Part shown: in pieces, positions 56,861-64,000 of the stretch
Layout: every line of letters starts with the position of its first letter
How positions within the stretch are numbered: the stretch's first letter is position 1
Assembly: GCF_009914755.1 (NCBI RefSeq)
Contig: NC_060929.1
Origin: the human T2T-CHM13v2.0 reference genome, Homo sapiens
DNA: 64,000 nt
Strand: one strand, 5' to 3'
The notes under the pieces: generated by a model
Seen by the model: the letters and a program-made list of their open reading frames with translations, nothing else
Database searches by the model: none
Told to the model about the DNA's origin: nothing
Position numbers and translations under genes: made by a program

Positions 56861-58594
56861 AAGATATACATCTTTTGATATGAAAGATAATATGAGCATC
56901 GGAACTATGGACTCCCATCAAGGCATCATGAGCAAAGAAGGAGTATGATAATAAATTCTGGTTAGCTGGAGATCAGAGGGAGTTTTGAGGTTTGGAGAAC
57001 ACTAAAAGTGGGAAAGAGATTCAAGAAGAAGATGTGGGAAGCTGGCAAAATAAATGTTAATGCACCTTTTTTCTTACTCTTTTTGTAGAAGATGTACATG
57101 AAAGTGAATATAGGCATTTTAAATACAGGGAATTTGATAAAGGAATTGGTTACTAAGGTGTTGGAGAATTGATGGAACTAAAAGGAGAAGGCGAGTTTAT
57201 TCAAAAGATCAGGAACTGAAAAAAATCTATTCTCTTCTATACAGCAGCAAGGAGAGCTCAAGCAAAGTGGACATGATCAGAGTCCACAGTTACCATGATC
57301 CTGAGACAAGCTCATAAAAGCAAGCTGCATGAGCAGGAACCCAAGAAGTGACAGGCACCAGCCACCACTATTGCTGCCATCACCACAGGGAATTCCAACA
57401 AAGCAGAACTAATGGTTTCTTGCTTCATCCCACCTTCTAATCTAACAAAAAGCCCACTGTCAAAGGAGTTGGAGAAACACAGTTTGTAGGCTCCCATCTC
57501 CAGTGGTAGAGAAGACATAGAAAAATGATTGTAGAGCCAAGAGATAATAGACACAATGTAGCAGCCACATGTCCTGGCTTAAGAATCCACTTCCCTTGCC
57601 TCCCTTCTCACCTCCCTCCAGGTATCCATCAACAAAGAGCAAGACGGAGGACACACACACACTGGTTTTTATTTTCATCATTATCTACCTGCATAGTCAT
57701 GTCTACTTGTGAGAAATAGAAATCCTTCTAAGTATGTACTGGAAATAAGTAAGGAAAAGTTTAAATAAATAGGAGAGATGCTGTTAAAGAGTAAACCTTT
57801 AAAAACAAGTAGAGAAGGCTAGTAAAAATTATTAGAAAAATAATGGTCTCCTCCATTCCCAATCTGTTTACCAACACAAGTAAAACACCAGTTTGCTTAT
57901 TTTATAAATTTATGTTCTCTTTTTCATTTTTCTAGGTCATCATATCTGCTTAGCTTCCACCATTAAAAATTTTCATAGAAAATAAGTTGCATTTTTCCAA
58001 CCCAACTATCTCTGATAATAAAATGTGACAAAGTTAAACCTAATAAGCAGCTATATAGGTTGTTCAAGTATGCTTGATTGTACATATTGAGACAGAAAAA
58101 TAAGATGCATTTGTTTCAAAAGAAGATTAAATGGCTAATGATTAGAGCATAATAACAACTGAAAAACTCAGTAGGACAGCAATATAGATTATGTAGCCAA
58201 AAAAAGAAGTTTGGATTTTCAATTTAATTTGTGAAAGAGTTCTGCTTTTAAAATAATTACATTTGTTGCTATTTAAAAGATTAATTTTTAAAATTAAGGT
58301 GAAAACAGTAAAAAAATTGTGCTTTTGTATTATGTTTCTATTTCCTTGGTGTGATATAATTTTTAAAAAAGTGACAGCACACTAATGGTACACAGCTATA
58401 CAGTATTCTTTCAGGCATTTTAAAAATGACAATTGGTGCCACTTGACTGGAAGTTGAGTTTGAGAAATCAAGTGATGAAAGGACTTAGAGAATAAAGCAA
58501 AAGTACTTACTTTACATTACTTTGCAATGTTATAAAATCATCCTATTGGATACTTGGGTGGCAATCTGCATGACAATGACTTTTAATGGACATT

Positions 58595-58951
58595 TGATAT
58601 GGTTTGGCTGTGTCCCTGCCCAAATCTCAACTTGAATTGTATCTCTCAGAATTCCCACATGTTGTGGGAGAGACCCAGGGGTAGGTAATTGAATCATGGG
58701 GGCTGGTATTTCTCATGCTATTCTCATGATTGTGAATAAGTCTCACGAGATCTGATGGGTTTATCAGGGGTTTCTGCTTTTATTTCTTCCACATTTTTCT
58801 CTTGCTACCACCACGTAAGAAGCGCCTTTCACCTCTCGCCATGATTCTGAGGCTTCCCCAGCCATGTGGAACTGTTTAAGTCCAATTAAACCTCTTTTTG
58901 TTCCCAGTTTGGGGTATGTCTTTATCAACAGTGTGTAAACAAACTGATACA
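58595..58951 (+). mobile_element. THE1A-like solo LTR
   Basis: tgatatggtttggctgtgtccc...actgataca; 5-bp TSD ACATT at 58590-58594 and 58952-58956. Confidence 0.92.
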
Positions 58952-59246
58952 ACATTTTTAAGGAACTCACCATAATCTCATTTCTAAAAGTGACCTCACA
59001 CATTGAAGAATAGTGTCTTTCAGACCTTTTAACTAATTATTTCCTCTTCCTGGAATGTTCTGCCCCAGGTATCTGTTTAGGCTATTCTGTCACTTTCTTC
59101 AAGGCCAGTACCCCATTGGTCAGACTACTTCATTCACTTCATAATAATAACTAACACTTATGTAACATGACAAGAATCATTATACATCAATTGACTAAAA
59201 AGTGACATTTTAAGAGATTAAATTTTAAATTTTAATTGTTATATAT

Positions 59247-60208
59247 CATTGCGGGAAGCCAGGGACCCCGAACAGAGGGGCCGGTTGGAGCCGCAGCAGA
59301 GGAACATAAATTGTGAAGATTTCGTGGACATTTATCACTTCTGAAATAATACTTTTATAATTTCTTACACCTGTCTTACTTTAATCTCTTAATCCTGTTA
59401 TCTTCATAAACTGAGAATGTATGTCACCTCAGGACCCTGTGATAATTGCGTTAAATGTACAAATTGATTGTAAAATATGTGTGTTTGAACAATATGAAAT
59501 CAGTGCACCTTTAAAAAGAACGGAATAACAGCGATTTTAGGGAACAAGGGAAGACAGCCATAAGGTCTGACTGCCTGTGGGGTCGGGAAAAAGAGCCATA
59601 TTTTTCTTCTTGCAGAGAGCCTATAAATGGACATGCAAGTAGGGAAGATATTGCTAAATTATTTTCCTAGGAAGGAATATTGATATTAATACTCTGGGAA
59701 AAGAATTGCATTCCCAGAGGGAGGTCTATAAACAGCCGCTCTGGGAATGTCTGTCTTATGCAGTTGAAATAAGGACTGAAATACACTCTGGTCTCCTGCA
59801 GTACCCTCAGGCTTAGTAGGATTGGGAAACTCCAGCCTGGTAAATTTTTGGTCAGACCGTTTCTCTGCTCTCAAACCCTGTTTTCTCTTAAGATGTTTAT
59901 CAAGACAATACATGCACCACTGAACATAGACCCTTAGGAGTTTCTGATTTTGCCCTTTAAAGCATGTGATCTTTGTGACCTACTCCCTGTAATTACACCC
60001 CCTCCCCTTTTGAAATCTTTAATAAAAACCTGCTGGTTTTGTAGCTCAAGTGGGCATCACAGTCCTACCAATATGTGATGTCACCCCCGGTGGCCCAGCT
60101 GTAAAATTCCTCTCTTTGTGCTCTTTCTCTTTATTTCTCAGACTGGCTGACACTTATGGAAAATAGAAAGAACCTACATTGAAATATTGGGGGCGTGTTC
60201 ACCCAATA
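59247..60208 (+). mobile_element. MER11 solo LTR (HERV-K HML-8)
   Basis: ttgcgggaagccagggaccccgaac start, aataaa, gaaatattgggggc end; near-perfect 6-bp TSD atatat/atatac. Confidence 0.9.
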
Positions 60209-60629
60209 ATATACTTATATGGTTCAAAATTCAAAAGGTATAATAGAATTTATACTGAAGTTTTTCTTTTAGCCCTGTTCCATATTCCCACTTTCAGCTC
60301 TTGACACCAGAAAGAACATAACTCACACATTAGGGGCAAATCACATTAGTAGAAGATGAAGCTCATAGATTGTTACTCTTTTAATAAAAATATGAAGAGT
60401 TTACATTATTACATGCACTTGTGAACTGTCACACAATTTAATGGACTATGATATTTCATTTTCTGCCTCATGTGGATAATTAATGAAAAAAAATCTCTAG
60501 AGCACTAAGATGTTACATTGTGATGTGGCATAAACATTATTTCTTTAGGGAGCAATGATCAATTTTTTAAATTTTATTTTCCCAAAATTTTGCACCTTTT
60601 AATTATTTAAAATTTATTTAGAAGATTTA

Positions 60630-63600
60630 TTTACAAGATGGCCAATCGGAAGCAGCTGTGGTCTGCAGCAATCATGGAGAGGAATGAAAGCGGTGAGTAA
60701 ATTTATCACCTTCAACTGAAATATCCAGGTTCTCGCATTGGGACTGACTAGGCAATCAACTGAATCCAAGGAGAATAAAGAAAAGCAGTGTAGGGCAACA
60801 GTTTACCTGGAAGCAGCACAGAGCCAAAGGAAGCCCTCTCAGCCAAGGGTAGTGGTAAATGATTGTGTGACCTTGCCTGGGAAACCACGCTTCTCCCACA
60901 GATCTTTGAAACCAATGGATGAGGAGATCTCCTCCTGAGCCCACACCACCAGGGTCTTGGGTCCGATACACAGAGCTGTGTGGAGTTTTGGCAGAGCATC
61001 TACTCAGGCACACACAGAGACCCAGGAGTTTTACATACTCTGGCCTCGGATTCCCAGCAAGGTGGCAGATTCATCTGTACCTTCCCCTAGGAAGGTGGCT
61101 GAATCCAGGGAGCCAAGCAGCATTGTTCTGTGGCCCACTTCCACAGCACCTCAAGTTAAGACCCACCGGCTTGGACTTCCAATCAGATAATGGCAAAAGG
61201 CTGAGTCTGCCTGAAATGGGAGGGAGTTCCCGGGGAGGGGGGTGGCCACCATTTCTGTGGTTCAGTGGACTCAGCATTACAGCCTGCTGGCTCTGGAGAA
61301 TCCAGGTAGTCCAGATGAGGAGGAGTCCCCCACAATGCAGCACACCTGCTTTGCCAGATTATGCTCCACCTGCTTCTGTAAGCAGGACACCAATCCATTC
61401 CTCCCCTTTGGGAGGGGCCTCCCTGTGGTGGGGCCTTCAGTTACAAGTCAGGCTTATATGGACAGAACTGTGATCTCTCCTGGAACTGAGCTCCCAGTGG
61501 GAGAGGCAGCCACCATCTCTGCAGTTCAGTCAACTCAACTGTTCCAACTTGCTGACTCTGGAGAGTCCAGGTGGTCTCGATGAGGAAGGGTCCCCCCAGT
61601 GCAGCACACCTGCTCTACTGGAAGCAGCCAGACTGCTTCTGTAAGAGGGTCCCTCTTCCGTTCCTCCCGATTGGGTGAGACCTCCCAAACAGGAGTTTCC
61701 AGACATCTACAGGAGAGTTCCAGCCAACAACAGGTCAGTTACACCCCTGGGATGGAGCTTCCAGAGGAAACAGGTGGCTATGATCTTTGCTGTTTCTCAG
61801 GCTTCACTGGTGATAGCTCCAGGTATCAGAAAACCCAAGGCAACTAGGGTCTGAAGTGGAACCTCCAGCAAACCACGGCAGCCCTATGGTTGCTAACAGT
61901 CAGTGACCTTACTGTTAAAAGAAAAACAAACAAAAAAAGAAAACAACAACAACAACAAAGACCTCACAAAAACCCCATTCAAAAGTCAGCAACATCAAAG
62001 ATTAAAAGTGGATAAGCCCACGATGATGAGAAGAAATCAAAACAAAAACACTGAAAACTCAAACAACCAGAGTGCCTTTTCTCCACCAAATGACCACAAC
62101 ACCTCCCCAGCAAGGGCACAGAACTGGGCTGAGGCTGAGATGGCTGAATTGACAAAAGTAGGCTTCAGTGGGTGGTAATAAGGAATTTTGCTGAGCTAAA
62201 GGAGCATGTTGTAACCCAAGGGAAAGAAGCTAAGAATCATGATAAAACAATACAGGAGCTGAAAACCATAATAGCTACTTTAGAGAAGAACATAACTGAC
62301 CTGATGGAGCTCAAAGCACAACACAAGAACTTTACAATGCAATCACAAGTATCAATAGCAGAATAGATCTAGCAGAGGAAAGAATCTCAGAGCTTAAAGA
62401 CTGTCTTTCTGAAATAAGACAGGCAGACAAGAATAGAGAAAAAAGAATAAAAATCAATGAACAAAACCTCTGAGAAATGTGGGATTATGAAAAAAGACCA
62501 AATCTGTATATTGGTCTGATTGGGGTACCTGAAAGAGATGGGGAGAACAGAACCAAGTTGGAAAACATACTTTAGGATATCATCCAGGAAAACTTCCCCA
62601 AACTAGCAAGAAAAACCAACATTCAAATTTAGGAAATCCAGAGAACCCTAGTAAGATACTCCATGAGAAGACCAACCCCAAGACACATAATCATTAGATT
62701 CTCAAAGGTCAAAATGAAAGAAAAAATGTTAAGGGAAGCCACAGAAAAAGGCCAGGTCACCCACAAAGGGAAACCCACCTGACTAACAGTGGACCTCTCA
62801 GCAGAAACCATACAAGCCAGAAGAGATTGGGGACCAATATTCAACATTCTTAAAGAAAAGGATTTCCAACCAATAATTTCATGTCCAGCCAAACTAAGCT
62901 TCAAACCAAAGAAGAAATAAGATCCTTTTCACACAAGTGAGTGCTGAGGGAAGTCATCACCAAACCTGACTTGCAAGAGCTCCTGAAGGAAGCACCAAAT
63001 ATAGGAAGGAAAAATCAAATCATTATCAGCCACTACAAAAACACACTTATGTATACAGATCAGTGACACTCTAAAGCAACCACATAAACAAGTCTGCAAA
63101 ATAACCAGCTAGCATCATGATGACAGGATCAAATTCACACATAACAATACTAATCTTAAAAGTCAATGGTCTAAATGCCCCAATAAAATGACACAGAATG
63201 GCAGGCTGGATAAGGAGCCAAGACCCATTGGTATGCTGTGTTCAAGAGACACATCTCACTTGTAAAGACACACATAGGCTCCAAATAAATGGGTGGAGAA
63301 AAATTTACCAAGCAAATGGCAAACAAGAAAAAGCAGTGGTTGCAAAACTAGTTTCTGACAAAACAGACTTTAAACCAATGAAGATCAAAAAAGAAAAAGA
63401 AGGGCATTACATAATTGAAAAAGTTTCAATTCAACAACAAGCGCTAACTATCATAAATATATATGCACCCAGATTCATAAAACAAGTTCTTAGAGACCTG
63501 CACAGAGACTTAGACTGCAACACAATAATAGTGAGAGACTTTAACACCCCACTGACAATATTAGACAGATCATAAGGACAGAAGATTAACAAAGTAATTT

Positions 63601-64000
63601 AGGACCTAAACTCAGCTCTAGATCAAGCGGAACTGATAGATGTCTACAGAACTCTTCACCCCAAAGCAACAGAATATACATTCTTCTTGGCATCACATGG
63701 CACTTACTCAAAAATTGATCACATAATTAAAAGTAAAACACTCCTCAGCAAATGCAAAGCAACTGAAATTATAACAGTCTCTCAGACCATAGTGCAATCA
63801 AATTGGAACTCAAGATTAAGAAATTCACCCAAAACCATACAACTACATGGAAATTAAACAACCAATAAAATTAATTAAGAAATCAAAAGGTTCTTTGAAA
63901 CTAATGAGAACAAAGAGACAATTCACCAGAATCTCTGGGATGCAGGGAAAGTGGTGTTAAGAGAGAAATTTATAGCACTAAATGCCCATGTCAAAAACTT
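60630..64000 (+). mobile_element. Older L1PA-lineage element with intact 5' end: 5'UTR, disrupted ORF1 (about 62020-63050) and start of ORF2 (about 63117 onward), running off the window
   Basis: YY1 site caagatggcc at 60634-60643; ORF1-like sequence with stops; ORF2 start MMTGSNSHITIL and endonuclease peptide VQETHLTCKDTHRL with stops and frameshifts. Confidence 0.93.

Noticed and set aside
60630-64000. Potentially active full-length L1
   Set aside because: ORF1 and ORF2 contain stops and frameshifts and the 5'UTR is CpG-depleted; an old inactive copy, also cut off by the window edge.

Overview
This is primate genomic DNA, recognisable as the human PLK2-GAPT locus (chr5q11.2). It holds two protein-coding genes pointing away from each other. 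PLK2 (minus strand) has 14 coding exons between 6406 and 1032. All its introns are GT-AG, and the exons add up to 2058 nt (685 aa plus stop). It has a TATA/CpG-island promoter, three upstream p53 response elements and a 3'UTR dense in miRNA seeds and AU-rich elements. GAPT (plus strand) has its whole 157-aa CDS in one exon (40379-40852), with candidate non-coding upstream exons. The rest is ordinary repeat-rich intergenic DNA: Alus, L1s, L2/MIR, a complete THE1 provirus, solo LTRs and DNA transposon relics. I see no convincing new protein-coding system. The most unusual structures are a ~370-bp local inverted duplication downstream of GAPT that copies an L2/LTR junction, a ~1.5-kb 28-bp minisatellite that grew inside an L2 and carries a TGACAG motif in most units, and several atypical retrotransposition events with clear target-site duplications (TSDs). 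Repeat subfamily names come from recalled consensus features, not from a search, and repeat boundaries are approximate unless TSDs are given.
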